Source: Paramecium tetraurelia
Lineage: Eukaryota
Length of the DNA stretch: 47,750 bases
Assembly (NCBI GenBank): GCA_000165425.1
Contig: CT868352.1
Location: forward strand, 434,001-481,750
Direction of reading: 5' to 3'
The notes beneath the pieces are model-generated. The model ran no database searches. It was given only the letters and a program-made list of their open reading frames with translations, and was not told the origin of the DNA. Of the stretch, positions 13,838 through 25,556 are shown in pieces. Made by a program: the position numbers and the translations under genes. Every line of letters starts with the position of its first letter. Within the stretch, counting starts at the first letter, position 1.

Positions 13838-16814
13838 ATGACAACTACTCCGAGTGTTAGAAGTCGAAAGTGGTTTGAAGACGTAAAAGGAGAGTTATTG
13901 ATGCCAATAGTCAGAATTAAGCCAGCCACCAATTTTTAGAGAGAAGATTTAAGAATTAACAATCAAAATATTATATTAACAGATCCAAACAATAGAATTT
14001 TAGAAGAATTTGAAGTTCCAGAAGCATACGGTCAAGAAGTGGGCCTTGAATAAATATATAATGAAAGAGTGGCTCCTTTGATTTAATAATTTATATAGGG
14101 TTTCAATGTGAATGTTTTTGCATATGGTTCTACAGGTGCAGGAAAATCATAAACAATAGAGGGAAATAAGAAAGAAAAAGGTATAGTTACACTTTGGGCG
14201 AGTACTTTATTTGCATATTTGTAAGATAAGGTAGTATAAACATACAAAGAAGATAGTATAATTGCTGATTATAAGTATGAAGTGAGGATGTAATATTTGG
14301 AAATTTTAGATGAAAATATAATGGACTTATGTGCTGATAGAAAATTTGGAGAAAGGTTATTTGTTGAAGATCATCCTTGGGATGGTCCAGTTGTTTAAGG
14401 AGCATCTTGGCATGAAATTACAAAAGACACTGATTTAAATGATCGTTTATATAAAGGATTAAAAAGTAGAGATAATACTAGTAATGAATTTGGTAAAGTA
14501 AGTGCAAAGGCTACATCATTATTTATAATTGATCTTAAATAATGGTTCTCAAATAAAGACACTTAAGAAATGATGTTGCTTAAAAGTTAGGCAACATTTG
14601 CTGATTTGCCAGGAAGTGAAATATTGGTAGATGATGCAGAAACTATAAGAGTAAAACAAGGATCAACACTAAATAAAGTAATCATTGCATTTACCTAATT
14701 AATAAAAGATTTAGCCAATAGGTAAGAGGATTATGTAATGTATGATACATCTACTGTAACTAAATTAGGTAAAGAAATATATGGAAGTAATTCATATAAT
14801 ATTGGAATATTTTGTTGTTAGCATGGTGATCCAAAAGGGTCTTCCTTAACATTATAAGTCTTTAAATAAGCCCGTAAAATAATGACTTACCCTGTTATAA
14901 ATAACCATAGAGTCATAGCACTATTAAGATAGTTTAGATTAGAGGCTGCCTCTAGTAATTAAGTAGGGAAAAAGAAAGATACTCCAGTTGCCTCAGGAGA
15001 TTCAGTTGGAGTTTAAGAGTTGCTTGATTTAAAAAGCAAAGTCAATGATTATGCTAAATAGATAGCTGATATGGATGATGAGATTACAGATTTGAAATCA
15101 AAATTATCAGCTTTAAGAGCAAGGTTCTAAGAATTAGTTAAATAAAAGGTAGAGCTACAAGATGAATTGATCAAGGCTGAAGAGGATAAAATAGAATCTG
15201 CAAAGGCCTTATTGGATATGGAATTGTAGAACACGAAATTACAAGAGTTGATTATTTAGATTTAATCAGAAAATAATACCAAAAAATTGAATGATGAAAA
15301 TATCTCAGATGATGTTAGACTACAAAAAGCATAGTAGATTATTCAAGAATTACAAGATAGATTAAGAGAAACAATAGATGAAAAGAGGGAATTTGAAATG
15401 GAATTTATGGCATTAAAAAAGAATTACATGGATAAACTGAAAGAATTGGAAAATATAAGGCTATAATAAGAAAATTACAGTCTTGAACTTATTAATTTGG
15501 GTAATGAGAATAAAGCACTTTAAGAGGAAATATCTAAATTGTATTAGTCAGATGGTTAAACAAATGAGCAAACTAAAATGATGTAAGAAAAACTAAAAAC
15601 AATGACTGATGATCTGAGAGACAAAAGAGAAGCACTTGAATTTGCTAAAGCTGAAATTGAAAGGTTGAAGGTTGAATTAATGAAGTATGGATTGTTAGGA
15701 GCCAAAGATAAATTAGAACTTGATAAAAAGCGATTAGAACTTGATAAATCATCTACCTAAATTTAAGTAACTCAATCTCCCAATAATGATGATGCTTTTA
15801 AGAATGAAAGGATGCTATGGGAAAGCTAAAAAATGGAACTTACTCATAAAGTTAAATCCCTTTAGAGGAAAGTTAATGATGACAATGAAAGAATCAAAGA
15901 TCTTGAAAAATAATTAAATGATTTAAATGGAGAAAATGTTAAAATGTAATTACAATTAGATGAAATGAGAGCCATTTATAGAAACAAATTGATTTAAATT
16001 CATAAATTAGATCCAAGAGATGAATTATTCTAAACTTATGCAGGCAAAGAAAGAGAATATTCATAATCCATTGAAATTCTGAGTAAAAAGAATAAATAAC
16101 TACAAATCGAAATGCGTTCAATAAAAAGCTATTCTAGATAAATACGCTATTTGGCTGAGGATTGGGCACCAATTGGCTAACCTTTACCTGATATTTTACA
16201 TAAAGGATATATGATACTTGATGAAAATGAACTCGTATTTATATTCTAACATATCATAGCATACTCAAGCATAAAAGGATCAAGAACAAGAGATCCAAAG
16301 ACTCAGAAACAAAAATCATATTTTAGAAGCAGAATTAATGAATCTGAAAGAAGCTAAGAAAATTGAAGATCCAAACAATGCCACCAAGAGACTCATCTCT
16401 GAAATCTAGTTATTAAAATAGAGTTAAGTCTCTGATAATAATAACATTAATGATTCTTCTCTAAGGAGAGAGAGAAATGACTTACAAGAAGAAAATAGAA
16501 GATTGGTATAGTTATTGAAGGATTCCAATAAATGGGATCTTCATAAAATGTAATAAGATAATGAAAGACTATTGAAGATTGTTAAAGAATATGAGATGAT
16601 TGGACCTCAATCTGGATAAAGTAAGAACGTTCAATAAAAAATCCAATTTTATGAATAACTTACTAAGCAATTGGAAAGGGAAAGAACTGAATTAGTTGTC
16701 AAAGCAACAGTAGCAGAAGAATAATTAGTATAATTATAAGCAAGTATGACCAGAGTAGCAGTTGATTATTAAAAGCAAATAAATGAACTAAAGAAAAAAC
16801 TAAAAGTATTATGA
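13838..16814 (+). CDS. Divergent N-terminal kinesin motor fused to a CCDC78/DUF4472-like coiled-coil region (~983 aa)
   Basis: PIVRIKP; GFNVNVFAYGSTGAGKSQT P-loop (14126-14149); YLEILDENIMDL; DLPGSE (14603-14620); LNKVIIAF. Tail motifs AEEDKIESAKALLDMELQNTKLQE and QLERERTELVVKATVAEEQL. One intron 16235-16259; spliced length 2952 nt; TGA 16812-16814. Confidence 0.88.
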
Positions 16815-16865
16815 TATAATGATATACATTTTATATTTAAGCAAATTAATAAATAAGATATAAAA

Positions 16866-18681
16866 TCAAATATCAAACTCATCAAGAAACTTAGCCTATC
16901 TAATTTTAGCTATATGATAATTCCAACTTTATAAAAATTTATAATCATAGATATTATCTAAATGTATAAATCTATCAAGTAATGAAACACTTATAATCTC
17001 GTGATTTGGATGTTAAATCATGAACCTTTCTTGACGAAAAGATTAAGGACCCTCACTCTCCTAATAATCATCCTATTAATTCTATATAAGAATTTCTTTA
17101 TTAAAAGAATGCTAAAATTGCACTTATTATTAGTAAACCTATTCTTTCTTTTTTAAATCTCTGACTTCAGATTCCAATTCATTTTCACTTAATTCCTCTT
17201 CTTGAATTACCATCTCATTATCATCTTCTGAATGGTGATCTTCATCAGATTATTTAGATTCATTTGCCTTTAGAACAGTCCTTCTTCTACTAGCTACCTT
17301 CCCATGTTAATTTGTTTATTTAGATCCATTCTCTTAGAAATCCTAATTTTCTCTAAATTCTAAATCATCCAATTAATTTTCATTATTATTAAGATTATTT
17401 GAAATTTAAGATACCTTTCTTCTTCTTTTATTAGGTGAGATTATTTGATTACCTTAATCATCAAATTTTATAGATTCCTGATCTTAACTCTCCTTCGTTT
17501 AATCTGAGTCCATAGTCCCTTGTTATTTTATTTTACTTCTTGACTTAGTATTGTTCATTCTTTTCTTGGAAGGTTATCTAACATTTTTAAGCGGTTTTCC
17601 ATCTTGGTTGTTATTGTTTTCATCAAAAGAAATTGAATCTTCTTGATCGAGATTGTCATCTTCAGTTTATTCATCAAAATCATTGATTTCTACTCTACCT
17701 TATATTTAAGAATTATCAATTCTTTGTGTCGCAGATTCTTTAGTTTCTTCTTGGATCGAATCGAATATATTTTAATGTAAAGATTAGCTTGATTTTTAAC
17801 ATAATCCGTAAGGCTTTTAAAGTGGACTTAATAATTTTTTAATAATCTACATGTGGTTCAATAAATTTTTGATCTTATCGGACTGCAGAAGTTACAGGAT
17901 GAATCACCACCGCTGTATACCCNNNNNNNNNNNNNNNNNNNNNNNNNNNNNNNNNNNNNNNNNNNNNNNNNNNNNNNNNNNNNNNNNNNNNNNNNNNNNN
18001 NNNNNNNNNNNNNNNNNNNNNNNNNNNNNNNNNNNNNNNNNNNNNNNNNNNNNNNNNNNNNNNNNNNNNNNNTTCGTTGAAATCTCAAAATAATACATCG
18101 TATTCATCCTGCAATTTGACAAGGTTCACATTTAGGCGAGCTTAATATTTTCCTTATTGATAAAAAGATTAAGAAGATATGAGCACTTAAACTTTAGTCA
18201 TAAGTTATTTAATTCTGTCTTCTAAAAGTTTATCTACTTACTCTTAATTATCTTGGAGATTATTAAGTTTGATGGAAGCAGAAGGCTCTTTAAAAAAGAA
18301 ATATCGTGGATCTCTAGAATTAATTTCACTCCTATCCCAATTATGTTAAACAAGTTTTTTGAGCTTACTCCTATATCTTCTAACAGTTTAGACAACTGAT
18401 ATGCTATTATTAGTATCTTAACAAGTGATAAATTCGCTATTTTGGAAATGTTTAGCTTAATTACTTGGTTTAATTTTCTCTTAGCTATTATAGACTGACA
18501 CCGACATAATCTTATTCCTATGTCTAATTGGTGAAGGATCATAATGATCAAAAACATTCTACTGTATTGTTTCTTTGCTTTTAGTTTTAATTCAAATGGA
18601 TTCTTAGCTCAGATTAAATTTATATTCTCTTGGCTATAATTTTAATGCAGGCAATCTAAAAGAGTTATCTTAAGCTTTCAT
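16866..18681 (-). CDS. Hypothetical acidic low-complexity protein, interrupted by an assembly gap
   Basis: ATG 18681 (MKAQDNSFRLPALKL). D/E-rich open frame 17150-17900. 27 nt intron near 17112-17138; TGA 16866-16868. In-frame TGA at ~18592 and ~18127 may be errors or decay. Confidence 0.55.
17923..18072. other. Assembly gap (N run)
   Basis: Run of N. Confidence 1.
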
Positions 18682-18787
18682 ATAAATAGTTTTAATATTT
18701 ATTATTTTAATATTTCATTAAAATTTAATATGAGAAATGAATCACAAAAAATTATCATATATTTATACTATAAAAATTATTTTAAAT

Positions 18788-19889
18788 TCATTTATTTTGC
18801 ACCTTCGGATGCTTTTCTGCTTATTACAATAAGTCCTCAACATCTTTCTAAGAATTACAATAAATATATACAGTTTATTAATCCAAATATAACAAGCATT
18901 CGCTTAAATTATTGACAATCTGATCCCATTCAGATTCCTCTTTTTCAAGTCCTAGTATTTTTTCCTATATCTTGACTACGTAATTGATTTTACGTTCCAA
19001 AACATCCAAGTCCTTACCAAATTATTTTATGGAATCAATGAGTGATTCTTCATCTATATCTATAAATTCATTAATAACAAATAATACCAAAAGAAGTATC
19101 CTATTAAGTGAGTTAATCAACTAGAGCAACTAATTAAGCAAGTGTTTCATCTTACTTTTTGCTGATATTCAGAAAAACTTTATTCCACTCATTATAATAA
19201 TTTTCAACTTTTTACGTGTGATTTCTTCTATCTCCCTTCACTAGAGTTCTCTATACTTGTTATTATGGATTTGGATTTCCAATAGTAAGTTGTTATTGCT
19301 ATTATTGTTAAATGTTTTTTAATGAGTTTTTTTCTATAAGTTGTAAATTTTTTTAATTTTTATCAATCTTTTCTTTGTTTGCTATTGCTTTGGTCAAATT
19401 TTCTATGTGTAATTTGGTTTGTTAATTGATTTAATTTAATGTGTAGTTTTTAGGCTAAGCTGGTTATTATTAAGTAGTGGGTTATGCTATTGTTGTTTAT
19501 TGACCTTAGGCTAATGGTTATTATTATTAAGGTTAACCAAACATATTGGTTTGCTAGGTCTGTCCTAATTATGTTGCTTATTATTATGGCTGTCCTAATA
19601 ATGAATTTGGTTGTTGCTATCCTGCTAAGGGTGGTTATTGCTGTTGTCCTAATACATTAGTTTATTATTATTAAGGCTATCCAAATATAGCAGTGGACTA
19701 AGTGGTATTACCAAAAATACTCGACTATTAAGGTTATCCCAGAATTCCTTATGGTTGTTATTACCCTAACGGATTTTGAGGCTGACCAAATAAGTTGTTT
19801 GAAGGTACAGGATTGTTAAAAATTGAAGGAGCTGAATTCCCTTATTATTATCCTTGCGCATTATTTGCGCCATTCATGTTTGGAAACAT
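18788..19889 (-). CDS. FG-repeat nucleoporin-like protein (Gln/Pro-rich FG N-terminus, C-terminal coiled coil; Nup58/Nup62-type architecture)
   Basis: MFPNMNG...PSIFNN...NLFGQPQ...SIFGNTT...AIFGQPQQ...NMFGQPQQ, plus several LGQ repeats, then a helical C-terminus. 28 nt intron near 19060-19087 and an optional 24 nt intron; spliced length divisible by 3. Confidence 0.7.
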
Positions 19890-20212
19890 TATTAATTTAA
19901 ATTTTAGTAAAAAATAAAGAAAAACTTATTTAATTAAAAATGTATAAGTCAGAAATTCTTATCTAACACTGCTAATTTAAATAAATATTGTTATTATTAG
20001 TTTAATTGTTCATAATAGAGACTATAATCATCTAAATTTTAGACGATTATAATAATCCAAACTTAAACTTCTGAATTCGTGGCTACATTTAAAATACAAT
20101 TTACGAAGTATTGTACTTTTTACTTAATTTTTAAACAAACTAATCATTTGATATTCTAATCTATCTTTAATATTAAAATGTTAAAATAATATACAAGAAA
20201 ATTACAATGCAA

Positions 20213-21452
20213 TCAATTCTCTTACAGTTCTGATTTTGCTTTAACCAAATCCAAGTAAAGTAATTAAATTCCTTCCTCATTGAACTCAGATTAAAAGAAT
20301 ACTTCCAAAATGTTTTGAAATTTCACAAATATTTTCTTATTCTCTTACACATTAACAATTTATTCTATAACTTCCAATATCTAATCTGAATTCAATTTCT
20401 TATTTTACTCATTTCCCTTTATCTTCTTAAATTCCAAATTTATTAATTCTAGAAAGCTTATAATTTCATCGATTTGATCGTAATTCATATCTTATAGAAT
20501 TATCATTTTTTATTTCTTATTTTATTTCTCATAGTTCTCCTCTATCATTTACTTATTTAATTTTTTATCTTAATGTAGAAGTTACTACTTTAACAATAAG
20601 TTCTAAACTAACAACGTAGATATTTATTCTTAAGTATAAGCAAATTTCTTTAATTTGATTAAGATAGAATCAATTGCTGTATTTTTGCTTATTGTTATAT
20701 TTATTACTTAATAATCGATTGGACCCTTAATTAAAACCCAATTTTCATCAACTTTGACATCTAAGGAATTTGTTAATCCTCCCTAAAACGCAATTGTAAT
20801 TTTTGAATTCATCTTTAAACTCTTAACATATAGTGAGCTCAAAAAAACTCCCTAACTAAATGAAACTGTGCCATTTTTATCAGCTGTTTCAATATATACA
20901 TTTTTAGAGGATGTCTTTGCATATTAAACTGCTTATTTAGGAATATAGAGGTCTTTGAAATAAATGAATAGAGATCCATTACTATCTTTAAATGTATCGT
21001 TTTCATTATGTAAACTATAGATCTCCCTCTCTTGTAATTCAACATAGTATTTATGTTAAATCAATTTTTTTTCATTTTCCAAGATTAATTAATCGAAATC
21101 CATCAATACGGACAAAAATTCTTCATTAATATCATAAAGTCCAATTTCTTTTGTTATCTAATTAATCACTCCTTAATAATATTGGTGATATTCTGAATCT
21201 GATTCTATTAAGCCTAGGAATAAATCAGCCTTCCTATTATTCAATATTTACTTCTTCATCAATGTATTCCTTCATTTATAATTCTTATAAAGAATTCTAC
21301 TATTACTAGATTTTACATGGTAAACCAAAAATGGATTTGCAATTTTTATACAAAATGCTTTTATCATAAGTGTATTTTAGGCTTTTTTCGACCATTTTGA
21401 GACCTTCAAGAATTGATTGACAATAGATAGTTGTGATGAAAAATATTAGCAT
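20213..21452 (-). CDS. Hypothetical protein with putative signal peptide (~405 aa)
   Basis: ATG 21452, MLIFFITTIYCQSIL; one 22 nt intron; continuous frame to TGA 20213-20215. Confidence 0.7.
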
Positions 21453-21697
21453 ATAATTATTTATAATATTAATTATAAAATTCTGATTCTCGATATTGAT
21501 TAATTTTCATACTCCTGTATGAGGGGAGATTTTGAAATAAATTATTATAGTTAAAGTACTTAATGGAATTAATTAATTAACTTAAAATTCTATAAATAAT
21601 GTAATGATTAAGATTTTAATAGTGAATATTTTTAAAGGATTCTAAATTTTGAATGTTCGATACATTAATAATATATTAAATATTTATATAAACATAA

Positions 21698-23485
21698 ATG
21701 ATATTGGAATTGAATTCATTTTTTGACTATCCCGAAAATTAAGGAAAATCCACCAAAATATGGTAACCTGTTGATTTAGAAATATATAATGTAATATAAA
21801 TTTAGTAAACGTTATTAAGAATGACATCATCGTTTTTTAAGAAGACTGCCGCAAAATCAGTAAAAAATAGAAACAACTAAAATTGATTACAATCTAATTA
21901 GGAAACGAACATTTATATTATATTAAAGACTAAACCATATCTTAGCTTAATATAATAGTGGCTATAATGACAATTTATAAGCATGATGAATTTGGTAATA
22001 TCATAAGAATTTCTCGAAATGGCAAATTTGTTGATTTATAATTTGATGAATATGTTGTATTTAAGAATATGATGGCATCAAGATGTTTATAAACAACTTT
22101 TCATGATGAATTTGGAGTTACAAAGATGATAGGAAAAGGAAGTTTTGCGAAGGTATATTTTGCAACAAAGAAATCTACAGGAGGCAATTATGCAGTTAAA
22201 GCATTCAACAAAGAATTTATGCAAGAGTAATTTAAAGGAAGAGAATCATTAGAAAATGAAATCAAAGTGATGAGAAGATTAAATTAAGAAAATCTAGTTA
22301 GATTACATGAAACCTATGAAACCCAAAATTCAATCTATTTTATATTGGATATATTAAAAGGAGGTGAATTATTAGCGAGAGTCAAATAATAACCATTGAG
22401 CGCTCCAAGTTTGTAAAAGTTAATGTACAATTTGATGAAAGCGCTTTGTCATTTGCATTCAAAAAAATGCATGCATAGAGACTTAAAACCAGAAAATTTA
22501 TTATTAAAAGAGAAAGATAATGACACAGATATTGTTATAGCTGATTTTGGATTAGCTTGTTTCCTAAATGAGGACATCTTATTTAAAAGATGTGGAACTC
22601 CAGGATTTGTTGCTCCAGAAATATTATTATATAAAGAAGGAGATCCATTTTATGATGAAAAATGTGATGTATTTAGTGCTGGTGTTATCTTTTATGTTTT
22701 ATTAACAGGAAGATAACCATTTTAAGGAACTGATTATAAAGGAATTCTTAGAGCAAATAAAAATTGCGAAATTAATTACGAATTAAAATAGATTCTAGCT
22801 GTATAATATATTAAGATAACTAATATAGGCACCAATATAATTAGTAGATTTATTGAAGAAAATGTTGTGCCCTGATCCAAAAATTAGAGTTTCCTCTGAA
22901 GAATGCCTTAAACATCCTTATTTTAAGGAAATTTTCAAGGAATAAGATCTAATAGATGTTTAAGAAAGTCTCAGGGATTATGATAAAGATTTTGTTTATT
23001 TATTAGGCAAATAATAAGGGTAATGGATTGATTAACAGATAGTCCACCAAGTTAAGTTGGTTCGATGCAATTATAATAAAGATAACCTGCTTTGAATGGT
23101 AGAATTGACACTATGGGTTCTTTTTCTAATGTATCTAATAATGGATCAGTTACAAGATTAGATTAGAAACCATAATTACAACATAGTAAATTTAGTTAAT
23201 TCGGACAAGCAAATAAATAATAACCTTAATCAGATGCAAGTATGTTAAATCGAATATATAGACTCACCTGCAATGAGGAAGAATTTGTAATCAGATTTGC
23301 GTAAAACAGCCCTAAAGAATTCATTTTAATAATAAATCAATTAATTAAGTAAAGATGATGACTGTGTAAATGATGAAGCTGCTCACTTAGAAGATGCTAT
23401 ATCAAAATTAAATTCTTAGACACCAAAAATGGGAGGATTAAAAAAAGCAAATTCATTTAAAATACCAAAATCATCAATGGAATGA
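21698..23485 (+). CDS. Ser/Thr protein kinase, CAMK group (~561 aa)
   Basis: IGKGSFAKV, YAVKAF, ENEIKVM, HRDLKPEN, IADFGL, CGTPGFVAPE, DVFSAGVI. Introns 21791-21819, 22801-22828, 23020-23042, 23240-23261 give a 1686 nt spliced ORF. Confidence 0.95.
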
Positions 23486-23497
23486 GATATACTATAA

Positions 23498-24213
23498 TCA
23501 TTAATCCTGTTTGCCTGAAAATATTCTATTTATCATCTTCAATTATTGTTTAGTTTATAAAAATGATACAGGTTAACCAATAGTGGGTAACTTTGTTTAA
23601 GTTCCTCTTAGTTATTGTTTATTAATTGTTTGTTTCAATTACAACTACTACATACATTATTACTTTGGGCATTCGATATCTTTGACAAAGTTGCTCATTG
23701 TTTCTCTTTTACTTTACCCACTATGAATTCTAAATACTTATCTGAATCCTTGGCTAGAGTTTCTTTATTAGAAGATATCAGGTAGCTTCTTTGATTATTT
23801 GAAGGGAGGACTTTAATGTTCGTCATTCAACTGTAAGAATTCATTCATGAACTTAAATTAATCCCCAAAACTAAATTATTAGGGGTAACTAGAGCGTTGA
23901 TTTACATTAGAACTAAATATTCGATAATTGTTAGATTTTCTATCCTCTGAATTTGTATGCAATTCTGATCTTTTTCTCATTCCACATATTTATGGAGGAG
24001 TATGTTACGCTTCAACTCCAGAATTATCAGAACTTCTCTTGGATGTAGTTCTTAAATTTGATTAATTCATTAATACATCTGGGTTGAGGGATTTGAAACA
24101 TTTCTCTGAACAGGATGCTTCAACAATCGTCTTGTATGAACAAATTTCTGTTTCATGCCTTAATTATCAACAGGGAAGAAAAAGTTTGCTGTCTTTTCTA
24201 ACTCATCATTCAT
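23498..24213 (-). CDS. Hypothetical protein (5' structure uncertain)
   Basis: Open frame of ~220 codons from ~24160 to TGA 23498-23500. The candidate ATG at 24213 is in a different frame and needs an unrecognised intron or an error. Confidence 0.55.
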
Positions 24214-24266
24214 CTTTATCTATAAAAACTTTCTTAATGCTTAATATATTTTAATTATTATTAAAT

Positions 24267-25216
24267 ATGATATTCTTATTCTTTCCATTTTTATCTGCAC
24301 AATTACTTTATCCCTACCCTTAAATTCAATCTACTGACACACTAGAACTCATCCAAACTATCACCTAGTAACAACAATGCACACATTTATATCAACATTC
24401 AAATCATCAAAATATCCATACAGAGTATATCCATTCTAATAATTATCAAGATTATTAATTTAAGCTATCCTCAACTAATGGATTAAATGTGCCAAAATTG
24501 CTATTCAATATTATAATCACTAACAATTTGATTTATACCCAACATTCTAAAATATTAAACTAAACCACATTAATAAACTCAATTAAACATTATTTGAATA
24601 ATTGACGAAGCTTTTACCACCACATTCTCCTTTTTTAAATGTATTAGAGCCATCTTATTTGTGGGCATAAAATATGACACATGTGTTTTTAAAAATCAAA
24701 TTCACTACCAAAATTGATGTTCCTGGAGCATAAACCATCAATAATTTTCAAATTAATATAACTGAACCCTCCTTATACATAGAAGCATACTCATTTGAAT
24801 TACTCAATCGATATGTTTTAAGAATTCAAACTTATAAATTTATGAATCCAAATTATTTTCATTATAAATTTGTTGAATTAGGTCAAGTGATTATTGAAAT
24901 CCTAAAGAGTCCTTCTCCTTATTTTTGGAAAAATATCCATTCAAATATCATGTACAATCCCCCAAATCAATATATTTGGTGGGATATGTATTATTAATAT
25001 CGAGGGTAATTAGAAGTGGCATTTGGATTATTAGAAGATACTGAAAATAAAAGAGAAGAATTGGAAAGACAAAAGCTATCAGAAGACCTAAAGATGAGAG
25101 AAAGCAAAAAATAATATAAAAAAATAAAAGAGGACAATTAAGAGTTATATAAATAATTACATTGTAGGTATTGCGCTCCTTTAAATGGCGATGAATGGTC
25201 AAGTTGGAATATTTGA
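24267..25216 (+). CDS. CS/p23-like (HSP20-like chaperone fold) domain protein with putative signal peptide (~307 aa)
   Basis: MIFLFFPFLSAQLL N-terminus; intron 24425-24450; EPSYLWAQNMTHVFLKIKF (p23-type WAQ strand), IEILKSPSPYFWKNI, NQYIWWDMY; TGA 25214-25216. Confidence 0.72.
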
Positions 25217-25242
25217 TCAAATATTATTATATAAATAATATT

Positions 25243-25556
25243 CATTATTTTGGTATTTAATCAAAACTAATTATAGATGTTAACCAATATCAATTATGAT
25301 TAAAGTAACATTTGGATGCTCTTTTTACCATTTGCTCTAAAAATGGAGTTAGTCTTTTGCATGGTCCACACCATCTAAATTATTATCATTAAAATTAAGT
25401 TGCGTAAAAATCAACAATGCCTGGCTTGCTACACTTAATTTACAATTTGATTAACTTATTTACTCTTTAAAATACATAGGTTCCAAAATATTACCATGGA
25501 ATTTAAATATTATTTATTAAATGCAAAAACTAATCCAACTATGGCTTTAATAACAT
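25243..25556 (-). pseudogene. Thioredoxin pseudogene
   Basis: KPGIVDFYAT/WCGPCKRLTPFLEQM is recognisable. The 24 nt intron-like segment before WCGPC begins TT rather than GT and holds an in-frame TGA. Frameshifts lie upstream and downstream, with a premature TGA. Confidence 0.75.

Noticed and set aside
15247..15269. Apparent 23 nt intron in the kinesin gene
   Set aside because: The frame is open without it, and removing it creates a premature TGA.
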